A DNA stretch of 58,530 bases from a candidate division WOR-3 bacterium (lineage in GTDB: Bacteria > Hydrothermota > Tepidihabitantia > Tepidihabitantales > DTDR01), in NCBI GenBank assembly GCA_025060715.1, contig JANXBG010000007.1:1-58530 (forward strand), given 5' to 3'. This document shows, one piece after another, positions 50,281 to 58,530 of this stretch. The position numbers were made by a program, and so were the translations under genes. The notes beneath the pieces are model-generated. The model was not told the DNA's origin. It was given only the letters and a program-made list of their open reading frames with translations, and searched no databases. The first letter of the stretch is position 1. Every line of letters begins with the position of its first letter.

Positions 50281-50381
50281 GAAATTTTTAAACCGAATTT
50301 CCTTATAAGTCTTTATATTTCAAATATTTATTTAAAATTTAAAATAAAAATAGGGAACAATACCCAGTACGGTCCTATCTT

Positions 50382-50531
50382 TGTCTTAACAGGTATCTTA
50401 TTATTTATTTTCGTAATTGCTTTATTTTTTGCTTTCATAAGTATATTAACTTTAATCTTTTAAAATGTTTTGTTGTTTATTTTATTTAGTGTATTATTAT
50501 TTGTCTTTAAGAGTGTCTTGTTGATAGTCTT
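50382..50531. repeat. Array of 13 hexamers at exact 12-bp period (consensus TGTCTT with 6-nt variable spacers)
   Basis: At 50382+12n: TGTCTT, TATCTT, TATTTT, TGCTTT, TGCTTT, TATATT, AATCTT, TGTTTT, TATTTT, TGTATT, TGTCTT, TGTCTT, AGTCTT; all end in TT. Confidence 0.8.
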
Positions 50532-50573
50532 CTTAATTTTAGGGGTATAAACAATGGGATAATATGATATTAA

Positions 50574-51137
50574 TTATGAACCACCTAATTTTTCTAAGGG
50601 GATATATTTTTTACAAAGAGGACAATTTCCTTTTTCAAAAACAGGGATTTCTTTTTTGTAAATAGAGTAATATTCAAAGTCTTCTATCTTCTTAACACTG
50701 CGGTCAATTAAAACTGCGATGCCGGCTATTTTACAACCAAAAGGTTTTAAGGCATTTATTGTTTCCCTTATTGAAGCACCGGTAGTTAAAACATCATCAA
50801 CAATTAATACTCGGTCAGTTTTTTTAATAACAAACCCTCTTTTTATTACCCTTTTCTCATTCTCTTTTTCAGCAATTACTAATTTTTTCTTAAATTGCCG
50901 AGCAAGTTCATAGGCAATAATTGCTCCACCAGTTGTCGGTCCACAAACGATGTCAATCTTTTTATCTTTGAAATTCTTTTTGATTAAAGAACAAAATTTA
51001 GTAAGTAAAACAGGGTTTTCAATTATCCTAAACTTTTCAAAGTAGTATTGGGAATGTAAACCTGAAGATAATAAAAAATGGCCTTCTTTTAAAACCTGAT
51101 ATTTTAATAAAAGTTTTTCAATTTTCTCTTTTTTCAT
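50574..51137 (-). CDS. pyrE: Orotate phosphoribosyltransferase
   Basis: GHFLLSSGLHS, VLIVDDVLTTGAS PRPP motif, CPLCK, KLGG. Confidence 0.94.
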   Translation of the reverse strand: MKKEKIEKLLLKYQVLKEGHFLLSSGLHSQYYFEKFRIIENPVLLTKFCSLIKKNFKDKKIDIVCGPTTGGAIIAYELARQFKKKLVIAEKENEKRVIKRGFVIKKTDRVLIVDDVLTTGASIRETINALKPFGCKIAGIAVLIDRSVKKIEDFEYYSIYKKEIPVFEKGNCPLCKKYIPLEKLGGS

Positions 51138-51858
51138 TTATTTCTTTAATTTCTTCTTTGATTTTTAATATTAATTCTATTGGGTCTTCCGCTTTTAATA
51201 TTGGGCGACCAATAACAATATAATCAGCGCCGGCTTCTGCTGCCTCTTTTGGTGTCATTGTCCTTTCTTGGTCATCTTTTGCTATTTCTATTTCCGGGAT
51301 TCTAATTCCCGGTGAGATAACTAAAAAATCTTTACCACACTCTTCTTTGATTCTTTTTATGTCTCTTGGCGAAGCGACCACGCCATCTAAATTTGCTTTT
51401 TTAGCAATTAATGACAATTTTACAACCATATCTTGAAATTTTTCTTTTTCTATATTTAATGTCTCCATTAAACTATCTTCTCTAAAACTGGTTAATAAAG
51501 TAACACCAATAATCTTTGGCCTCTCCTTTATTTTCTTTTTCTCACAATAATTGAAAACAAAATCACTTGCCCTTTTTAACATCTCATAACCACCAAGGAT
51601 ATGTAAATTAAACATATCAACCTGCCACTTTAAACAACTTTCACAAGCCTTTTCCACAATTGAAGGGATATCAAAAAATTTTAGGTCTAAAAAAACCTTT
51701 TCATTATATTTTTTTATTGTTTTTAAAATATTAGGACCAGCCCGAGAAAAAAGAAAAAGGCCAACTTTAAACATATCGGCCCAACCTTTTAAACGATTAA
51801 CAAGTTTTCTTGCTTTTTGATGGGAATCTACATCCAAGGCAACTATTATTTTTGTCAT
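51118..51858 (-). CDS. pyrF: Orotidine-5'-phosphate decarboxylase
   Basis: IIVALD, FKVG, FLDLKFFDIP, GVTLLTS, PGIR, DDQER, VIGRPI. Confidence 0.96.
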   Translation of the reverse strand: MTKIIVALDVDSHQKARKLVNRLKGWADMFKVGLFLFSRAGPNILKTIKKYNEKVFLDLKFFDIPSIVEKACESCLKWQVDMFNLHILGGYEMLKRASDFVFNYCEKKKIKERPKIIGVTLLTSFREDSLMETLNIEKEKFQDMVVKLSLIAKKANLDGVVASPRDIKRIKEECGKDFLVISPGIRIPEIEIAKDDQERTMTPKEAAEAGADYIVIGRPILKAEDPIELILKIKEEIKEINEKREN

Positions 51859-52760
51859 ATCTCAATATTTATTCCTTTTATTATCTCTTTTATACTTTTT
51901 ATCTCTTTCTCTTTTCCCCATTTTTTTAAATCTTCAATAATCTTTGCTACTAAAAAAGGATTTAATAAATTTAAAGTGCCAATCTCAACAAGCATTGCTC
52001 CACAAAATAAATATTCTAAAACATCCTTATAATCTCTAATTCCACCACAACCAATTATTGGTATTTTAACAACTTTTTTAATTTTTGCAATAAGATAGAG
52101 AGAATAATATTTCAAAAAAGTGCCAGAAATTCCGCCACTAATTCCGCCTAAAAAAGGTTTTTGTCTTTCAATATCAATAACCAATCCTGGAATAGTATTA
52201 GTAATAGTAATAAAATCAGCACCACCTCTTTCTGCTGCTTTACTAATTTCTATTGGATTACAAAATACTGTTGGTATTTTAGCAATTATTGGTTTTTTAG
52301 TTATTTTTTTTGTTTCTTTACAAATTTCTTCAACTACTTTGGGATTTTGTCCCAAACTAATTCCTCCTTCTTTCACATTTGGACAGGAAAGGTTTAATTC
52401 ATAAGCAGAAATTATTTCATCATCAAGAATTTTTATTACCTTTACTATTTCTTCAATGGAAGTTCCGCCAACACTTAAAATAAGATTAGTATCTAAATTT
52501 TTAAGATTTGGTAAGATTTTGTTTTTAAAGTATATTGCTCCTGGATTTTCTAAGCCGATAGAATTAATAATTCCTCCCTCAAATTCATAAATTCTTGGTG
52601 GCGGATTACCCGTTATTGGAGTAAAAGTGATTGTTTTTGTAATAATTCCACCGGTCAAATTTATTATTTCTTTAAATTTTAAACCAAATCCATAAGTACC
52701 ACTGGCTAATAATATAGGATTTTGGAAATTAATATTTTTAATTTTTTGTGAAAGGTTCAT
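51855..52760 (-). CDS. pyrD: Dihydroorotate dehydrogenase family 1B catalytic subunit
   Basis: NPILLASGT, GNPPPRI, NSIGLENPG, ELNLSCPNV, GGISG; ATG 52760 overlaps the pyrK stop. Confidence 0.95.
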   Translation of the reverse strand: MNLSQKIKNINFQNPILLASGTYGFGLKFKEIINLTGGIITKTITFTPITGNPPPRIYEFEGGIINSIGLENPGAIYFKNKILPNLKNLDTNLILSVGGTSIEEIVKVIKILDDEIISAYELNLSCPNVKEGGISLGQNPKVVEEICKETKKITKKPIIAKIPTVFCNPIEISKAAERGGADFITITNTIPGLVIDIERQKPFLGGISGGISGTFLKYYSLYLIAKIKKVVKIPIIGCGGIRDYKDVLEYLFCGAMLVEIGTLNLLNPFLVAKIIEDLKKWGKEKEIKSIKEIIKGINIEI

Positions 52761-53530
52761 AATAAAATCTCTTCCAATAATAGACAAGGACCTTCTTCAC
52801 ATAAATGGATATAAGTTCCATCAATTTTTGGTACAGCACAACAAGCACATAAACCAACGCCACAACCCATTCTTTCTTCTAAAAATCCATAAATTTTTAT
52901 TCTTTTTTCTAACATTAATTTTATTTTTCTTAACATCTCAAGAGGACCACTAACATAAGCAATTTTAAATTCTCTCTTTTCAATTAATTGAGGAATTCCA
53001 TCAGTTACTTTACCTTTTATTCCATAACTCCCATCTTCGGTACAAAAGATTAATTTATTTAAATTTAGATTTTCAAATTTTTCTTTTAATATTAACTCTT
53101 CATAATTTTTTGCTCCTAAAATAACAAATAAATTTTTTTTATTTTCTATTAAAGTTTTAGAAAGGAGATAAAGAGGAGCAATTCCTAAGCCACCACCAAA
53201 GATTAAAATATCCTTCTCTTCGGGTATTTCAATCGCTTTTCCCAAAGGTCCTAAAATATCTATCTCATCATTTTTATTTAGCTTACTTAACAAAAAAGTT
53301 CCTTTACCAACAATCCGGAAGATAAAAAAGATTTCACTATCTTTTACATCGGCAATAGAGAAGGGTCGTCGTAAAAGTAGATTACTATTTTCATTGATTT
53401 TTATATGGATAAATTGGCCCATCTTACTATTTTTGCCAATATTTTCCGTTATTAACCAAAAGCCAATAATCTCTTTTGAAAAATTTATTTTCTCTTTAAT
53501 CTTTACTTTTTCCCAAAAGATTTTATTCAT
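52757..53530 (-). CDS. pyrK: Dihydroorotate dehydrogenase electron transfer subunit
   Basis: LLRRPFSI, GPLG, GGGLGIAPL, TEDGSYG, ERMGCGVGLCACC..C 2Fe-2S motif. Confidence 0.94.
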   Translation of the reverse strand: MNKIFWEKVKIKEKINFSKEIIGFWLITENIGKNSKMGQFIHIKINENSNLLLRRPFSIADVKDSEIFFIFRIVGKGTFLLSKLNKNDEIDILGPLGKAIEIPEEKDILIFGGGLGIAPLYLLSKTLIENKKNLFVILGAKNYEELILKEKFENLNLNKLIFCTEDGSYGIKGKVTDGIPQLIEKREFKIAYVSGPLEMLRKIKLMLEKRIKIYGFLEERMGCGVGLCACCAVPKIDGTYIHLCEEGPCLLLEEILL

Positions 53531-54792
53531 AATTTTAAAATCTCTTTTGCCTTTTTAGCATATTCACTATCAGGGGCTTCTTTAATAATCTCTTCAAAAA
53601 GATTTTTACCTTTCTCTTTATCGATCTCTTTATAATAAATATAAGCTGAAGCAAATTTTGCCTTTAAGGCATATCTACTATTAGGATAATTCTTATAAAT
53701 TTTTTCATATTCTTTTAAAGCTGAAGAATAATCCTTTAAGGAAAGAAGATAAACTTCAGCCAATTTAAAATGGTAAAAAGCTGGTTCTAAGGTATCTTCT
53801 TTTGTTGGATTTAATAATTTCTTTATTAGATTTTTTTTCCATTTTACAATTGAACTCAATTCAGTAGTTGGGCCTTTAAGATAAGAAGAATCATAATAAA
53901 TTAAAGCACTATCAAATACTCCTTTTTCTTCCCATCTTTCCCCGATAAGATAATAGGCCCTTTGGGCTTCAGTACCTTTAACTTTTTTGAGATTTAAAAA
54001 GGCATTATTATCATCTTTAAGCCATAAATAAATTTTCCCAATATTTAAATAAAGAAGGTCCCTTAAATCAGAATACTTATCTAAATACTTTTCTAATTTT
54101 CTAAGATAAGTTTTTAAAGTATCTTTGTTTTCAGTATCTAAACAGTCAACTATTTTTATTAAAATCTTAATCTTTTCTTTCTCATCCTTTTCTATTTTAA
54201 ATAACTCATTATAAAAAATTTTTGCTTCGGATAATTTATTCGTCTCTTTTTTAACTTCAGCAATCTTTAACAATCCTTCTTTTCTTAATGGATGTTTTTT
54301 AAAGGTATTAACAAAAGTGAGCATTGAATCTAAAAATATCTGATACTCCTTTTGAAGATAATAAATTAAAGCAATTTGGTATTTTGTTAAGGGGAGATAT
54401 TTTTTAGAAAGTTTTCTTAAAATTTCTATTGCCTTATGATATTCTTTTAATTCCAAATAAGTAAGAGCTTGGTAATATAAAGCATCTTCTCTCTTTTTAT
54501 GATTAGGAAAATAGGATAAGAAAAGTTCAAACTGTTCTAAAGCTTTTTTATACTCTTTAAGATAATAATTACTAACAGCAATAATAAAGAGGGCATCACC
54601 TTCCCATTTAGAATTTGGATATTTCACTAAAAGTAAATTACTTTTTTCTTTTGCCTTATTAAACTTTACCTGGGCCTCACTAATATTTTTTGTTTTTAAA
54701 CCTTCTTGGAAATATTTGTTGGCGTTATAAAAAAGATTAAAATAGGCACAATTAAAAAATAAAAGAGAAATTATTATAAATATTTTTGCCAT
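53527..54792 (-). CDS. TPR lipoprotein (BamD/CpoB-like repeats)
   Basis: Lipobox-like FFNCAYFNLFYNA; repeated YPNS/FPNH TPR units. Confidence 0.82.
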   Translation of the reverse strand: MAKIFIIISLLFFNCAYFNLFYNANKYFQEGLKTKNISEAQVKFNKAKEKSNLLLVKYPNSKWEGDALFIIAVSNYYLKEYKKALEQFELFLSYFPNHKKREDALYYQALTYLELKEYHKAIEILRKLSKKYLPLTKYQIALIYYLQKEYQIFLDSMLTFVNTFKKHPLRKEGLLKIAEVKKETNKLSEAKIFYNELFKIEKDEKEKIKILIKIVDCLDTENKDTLKTYLRKLEKYLDKYSDLRDLLYLNIGKIYLWLKDDNNAFLNLKKVKGTEAQRAYYLIGERWEEKGVFDSALIYYDSSYLKGPTTELSSIVKWKKNLIKKLLNPTKEDTLEPAFYHFKLAEVYLLSLKDYSSALKEYEKIYKNYPNSRYALKAKFASAYIYYKEIDKEKGKNLFEEIIKEAPDSEYAKKAKEILKL

Positions 54793-55188
54793 TTAAAAGA
54801 AAAATTTTATTTCCCTCTCTACATCCTCTTTGGGATTAGCAGCATGAACTACATTTTTTTGAATAGAAGTGCCAAAATCTCCACGAATTGTTCCTTTTTT
54901 AGCTTTTTTTGGGTCAGTATCTCCTACTAATTCTCGCAGTCGCCTTTGAGAATCTTTACCCGCTAAAAGAATAACAACAATTGGTCCGCTTGCCATAAAT
55001 CTACAAAGAGAAGGATAAAAATCTTTTCCTTTATGGATTTTATAAAACTCTTTTGCTTCTTTTATTGTCAATTTTAAAGATTTAATAGCCAAAATATCAA
55101 AACCCTTTTCTTCTATCCGCGAAATTATTTTACCAATTAATTTTCTTTTTACGCCATCAGGTTTAATGATTAACAAAGTTCTCTCAAT
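54793..55188 (-). CDS. ndk: Nucleoside diphosphate kinase, probable non-canonical start
   Basis: (I)ERTLLIIKPDGV, FY..HKGKDFY, GPIV, GTIRGDFG, NVVHA; conserved ERT lies upstream of the TTG at 55176. Confidence 0.94.
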   Translation of the reverse strand: MERTLLIIKPDGVKRKLIGKIISRIEEKGFDILAIKSLKLTIKEAKEFYKIHKGKDFYPSLCRFMASGPIVVILLAGKDSQRRLRELVGDTDPKKAKKGTIRGDFGTSIQKNVVHAANPKEDVEREIKFFF

Positions 55189-55192
55189 CTTT

Positions 55193-56170
55193 TTAGCTAC
55201 CCCATCTTCTTATTCTTTTTTTCCAAAATTCCTCAAAAAGAATATTAAATTTAAAAGCAAAAATAAATTCTTCTAAATTCTCTTTTTTGTGATAAGAGAT
55301 TATTAATTCCGGATAGAAACTTCCATAATTTTTAATAATAATTTCGGAAAGCAGCCCAAAATTTATCTTTTTTATTTTATTTAAAGAGAAACCAAAGTTT
55401 ATTTTGTTTATCCGATTTAAAAAAAGAAAATCAAAAGCAAAAGAGAAGGTATTTTTTAAAGGAAAAAGTAAACTATCTTTTTGGTAAAAATAATTAAAAT
55501 TTAATTGAGAATTATTTTTTAAATAAAGAGTTAAAAAAAGAGAAAAATCGGGTTTTAAAGAATATTTTTTCAATCTCTTTTTTTCTTTAATCTTTTTAAA
55601 AAATCCTAATTGAAACCCAAAAGAAAATTTTTCTAATTTTCTAATAAACCCAGCTTTAAAATTTCTACCAATATAATCATAAGAAATAGTTTCGCAGGCA
55701 AGAATATTTTTATCTTTCTCAACGGCAAAGATTTCTAAATTATTTCCTAAATTAAAATTTCCTTCGCCAAATAAAAGGAAGCTATTAAAGGATTTTAAAA
55801 AAAGTAAACCTAAATTATAAATTCCTCCTTTTGAACTTACGTGCCAAAAATAATCTTTCTTTTTAAAATTTTCCGATTGATAATAAATATCATAACCTTG
55901 ATTTAAATATTCATCCATTTTCAAACCAATTTGATAACTTTTTAAAAAGGGAATAAAGAGATATAGTTCCTCGGGTTGAAAATTAAAAACTGCTCTTTTT
56001 TCTTTATTTTCTTTTCCTAAAATAAAGTAATTATTAAAAGAGAAAAATACTTTAGTTTTTGGGGCAAATAATATATTCTCTTTTTTTAATAAAAATTTAT
56101 CCTTTTCTTGTCCAAAAAAAAATGGGTTAAAAAAGGAATAATTTAAAAGAAAAAAAACAACTACACTCAT
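55193..56170 (-). CDS. Hypothetical protein, possible outer-membrane beta-barrel
   Basis: Phe-rich amphipathic strands; coupled in operon by ATGA overlap. Confidence 0.7.
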   Translation of the reverse strand: MSVVVFFLLNYSFFNPFFFGQEKDKFLLKKENILFAPKTKVFFSFNNYFILGKENKEKRAVFNFQPEELYLFIPFLKSYQIGLKMDEYLNQGYDIYYQSENFKKKDYFWHVSSKGGIYNLGLLFLKSFNSFLLFGEGNFNLGNNLEIFAVEKDKNILACETISYDYIGRNFKAGFIRKLEKFSFGFQLGFFKKIKEKKRLKKYSLKPDFSLFLTLYLKNNSQLNFNYFYQKDSLLFPLKNTFSFAFDFLFLNRINKINFGFSLNKIKKINFGLLSEIIIKNYGSFYPELIISYHKKENLEEFIFAFKFNILFEEFWKKRIRRWGS

Positions 56171-57258
56171 AATCTTTCTTTTGGTTTTAAGAAATAGAAG
56201 ATTTCAATTCTTGGCATTTTTTTATCTTCTTTTTTAATAAGTAGAAAGCGGGGATAGGAATTAAAGGGATAGAGAGAGAGAAATAATCCAAAATTGGAGT
56301 CCGGTTTTTCTTTCCAAAAATTGATTAAACTCTTAATATCAATTTTTATTATTGTATCTCTTCTTAAAATTAATGTTCTTTTATAGATTTCATAGGAGGC
56401 TTTTTCTCTATTTATTAAATAATCACTCGTTAGTTTTAAAATTACAATTTCGTTAGAATCTAAAGGAAAATAAGAACTTTCAGTTTCGGGATACAGAAAT
56501 AAATCAGCATTTATAATATTGGTTTCTTTGGAGAGATTATTTAAATCAAATTTTAGATAACTAAAAAAGGGATAGCCGCTACCGATAACAAAATAATTTT
56601 CAGGAACTTTAAAGAGAGTATCAACAATATAAGCATTGGCTGTAAGATTAAAAATAGTATCTCTATTATTTTTTCTTAAATAGAGTTTTGGTGGTTTAAT
56701 TTCTGTACGACTATAAAATGAAATAAATTTTTCAGTTTTGTTTTGGGGAATTAAAATAACTCCGTAATTAATTTTAAAAAGGGTATCAAAATTATGAGGA
56801 TTTAATTCTATCACTGTTGAATCTTCTTTAGTTTCTCCCTCTCCCAATAAAAGTTCATAATAATCACCACCGTAATTAATCCAACGGACAAAAGAACTTG
56901 CTAATCTCCAGGTAACTTCATTTTCATTCCATTCTAAAATTATCGGATAAACTTTAAAGGTTATTGAAGAATAATATTTAGGATAAAGAATTAGTTTTAT
57001 CTCTTCACTATTTTTAAAAGAGGTATCTAAAGAAAAATTTAATAAAATGCGACATTCATAAAAATCATTTTTTCCTAAAAATAATCCTTGGCCGCCACCG
57101 CAGGGATAAGACTTACCGAATATATCAGAAGTAATGGGGTTAAGAAAAATTAAAGTATCGCTACCAACCCGTTCTTTTACTCCCTCTCTACCAACTTCGT
57201 TGATATGGCAAGAGAAAAAAATTAAAAGGATAAAAAGTGAAAAATTTTTAATTTCCAT
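56167..57258 (-). CDS. Hypothetical lipoprotein with two DNRLRE/DUF4270-like beta domains
   Basis: Lipobox IFFSC; RILLNF..WNENEVTW and SYLKFDL..NFGLFL..PRIEIFY pattern. Confidence 0.7.
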   Translation of the reverse strand: MEIKNFSLFILLIFFSCHINEVGREGVKERVGSDTLIFLNPITSDIFGKSYPCGGGQGLFLGKNDFYECRILLNFSLDTSFKNSEEIKLILYPKYYSSITFKVYPIILEWNENEVTWRLASSFVRWINYGGDYYELLLGEGETKEDSTVIELNPHNFDTLFKINYGVILIPQNKTEKFISFYSRTEIKPPKLYLRKNNRDTIFNLTANAYIVDTLFKVPENYFVIGSGYPFFSYLKFDLNNLSKETNIINADLFLYPETESSYFPLDSNEIVILKLTSDYLINREKASYEIYKRTLILRRDTIIKIDIKSLINFWKEKPDSNFGLFLSLYPFNSYPRFLLIKKEDKKMPRIEIFYFLKPKERL

Positions 57259-58261
57259 TTTTTATATTAAGATAAAAAGGTAAATTTTCTTTTAAAAAAG
57301 AGACTAAATTGCTTTGGGCAAAAAAGGCAGCCGTTTGGATAGCATTTTTAATTGCCCTTTCATTACTTCTACCATGGGCGACAACTATTGTGCCATTAAT
57401 TCCTAACAAAATTCCGCCACCTTGTTCTTCATAATTGAGTTTTTCTATAAACTCTTCTAAGACCGGTTTAGAAAACCATCTTCTCATTCGGTATTTGGTT
57501 TCAGAAGAAAGATAATTTTTTAATGCCTGATTTAAGGTTTCTACAATTCCTTCACCAAATTTCAAAAGGATATTACCAACAAAACCATCACAAACGATAA
57601 CATCGACAACTCCTTTAAATATATCACATCCTTCAATATTACCAATAAAATTGAGAGGAGAATTTTTTAATAAATTATAACTCTGCTGATACAACTCAGT
57701 TCCTTTATTTTCTTCTTTCCCAATATTTAATAAACCGATAGTGGGATTTGCCTTTTTGAATAATAATTCATAGGTCAAAGAGCCTAAGATACCAAATTGC
57801 CAAAGGTTAATTGGCTTTACTGTTGGATTGGCCCCAGCATCAATCAAAAGAGAAAAACCCATTTGGGTTGGCAAAAGAATACCAATCGCCGGTCTTAAAA
57901 TTCCTTCTAAAGTTCCTAAAAATTTTAAAGCAATTACTAACAAGGCACCGGTATCACCCGCACTTACTACTGCGGAAACTTTATTCTCCTTCATTAAGGA
58001 AACAGCACTAACTATAGAATTGTTCAGCTTTCTTTTCAATAATTCAACCGGTGAATCAAAGGAGAGAGTAGTGCTCTCACATTCTAAAAATTCAATCCTT
58101 TCTGAAAATTTTTCTTTTAATAAAGAGATGGGAAATAACTCTTTTTTTCCAATAAGGATAATATTTAATTCAGGATTTTCCTCTAATGCCTTTTCTACAC
58201 CTAAAATTTCTGGCTTTGGTGCTTCATCACTTCCTAAACCATCAACTGCAATTTTTATCAT
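57248..58261 (-). CDS. plsX: Phosphate acyltransferase PlsX
   Basis: [59 protein letters not shown]. Confidence 0.95.
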   Translation of the reverse strand: MIKIAVDGLGSDEAPKPEILGVEKALEENPELNIILIGKKELFPISLLKEKFSERIEFLECESTTLSFDSPVELLKRKLNNSIVSAVSLMKENKVSAVVSAGDTGALLVIALKFLGTLEGILRPAIGILLPTQMGFSLLIDAGANPTVKPINLWQFGILGSLTYELLFKKANPTIGLLNIGKEENKGTELYQQSYNLLKNSPLNFIGNIEGCDIFKGVVDVIVCDGFVGNILLKFGEGIVETLNQALKNYLSSETKYRMRRWFSKPVLEEFIEKLNYEEQGGGILLGINGTIVVAHGRSNERAIKNAIQTAAFFAQSNLVSFLKENLPFYLNIKNGN

Positions 58262-58449
58262 TCTTTCTCTTTTTTACTAACCACCATCATTTCTCTTCCT
58301 TTATAAAAACCACAATGAGGACAAACAGTGTGAGGCAATTTTAATTGATGACAATGAGGACACTCCACCCATTGAGGAACCTTTAACTTCCAATGGGTTC
58401 TTCTTTTTCTTCCTCTTGATTTAGAATGTCTTCTTTTTGGAACCGGCAT
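58258..58449 (-). CDS. rpmF: 50S ribosomal protein L32
   Basis: [30 protein letters not shown]; AAGGAG RBS and TTGACA-N16-TATAAT promoter upstream. Confidence 0.96.
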   Translation of the reverse strand: MPVPKRRHSKSRGRKRRTHWKLKVPQWVECPHCHQLKLPHTVCPHCGFYKGREMMVVSKKEKE

Positions 58450-58530
58450 ATTATCTCCTTCTTTATATTTAAAAAATTATTATAATTATAAATTTAAAAA
58501 TGTCAATCTAAACATAAAATAGACAGTAAT

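Noticed and set aside
49620-50570. Replication origin (oriC) in the long AT-rich intergenic region
   Set aside because: No DnaA boxes (TTATCCACA) seen and a dif site lies only 20 kb away.

Overview
58.5 kb of a very AT-rich bacterial chromosome, mostly housekeeping genes, with no CRISPR array, rRNA or intact transposase. Very short signal peptides, T9SS/Por-type C-terminal tails, LptE and Lnt suggest an FCB-related diderm such as candidate phylum WOR-3 (inference only). Contents: a decayed restriction-modification relic at the left edge; a long minus-strand operon (tRNA-Arg(ACG), tadA, tRNA-Ser(CGA), M6 protease, 14-repeat secreted protein, nadB, xerD, m5U methyltransferase); purN, lnt, an M14 peptidase, metG-tatD-rsmA, rlmD, lptE; a B. 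subtilis-like dif site at 29466-29493; guaB, trxA, four more tRNAs, fabD, lipB; an accessory secreted-protein cassette with one in-frame TGA; an S10-spc ribosomal protein operon that ends after rpsH; a PTPS-III-type pterin synthase; pyrK/D/F/E, ndk, plsX and rpmF. Most unusual signals: (1) a module at 49.9-50.55 kb with a 13-unit array of exact 12-bp period, a palindrome sharing the same half-site, IHF-like sites and a frameshifted XRE-HTH gene; (2) a protease reading frame running through a whole tRNA-Ser gene with no canonical start after it; (3) many apparently leaderless promoters and a non-canonical ndk start; (4) a perfect internal ribosome-binding site in metG; (5) the S10 operon about 12 kb from dif. 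All family assignments come from motif recognition by eye, not database searches.
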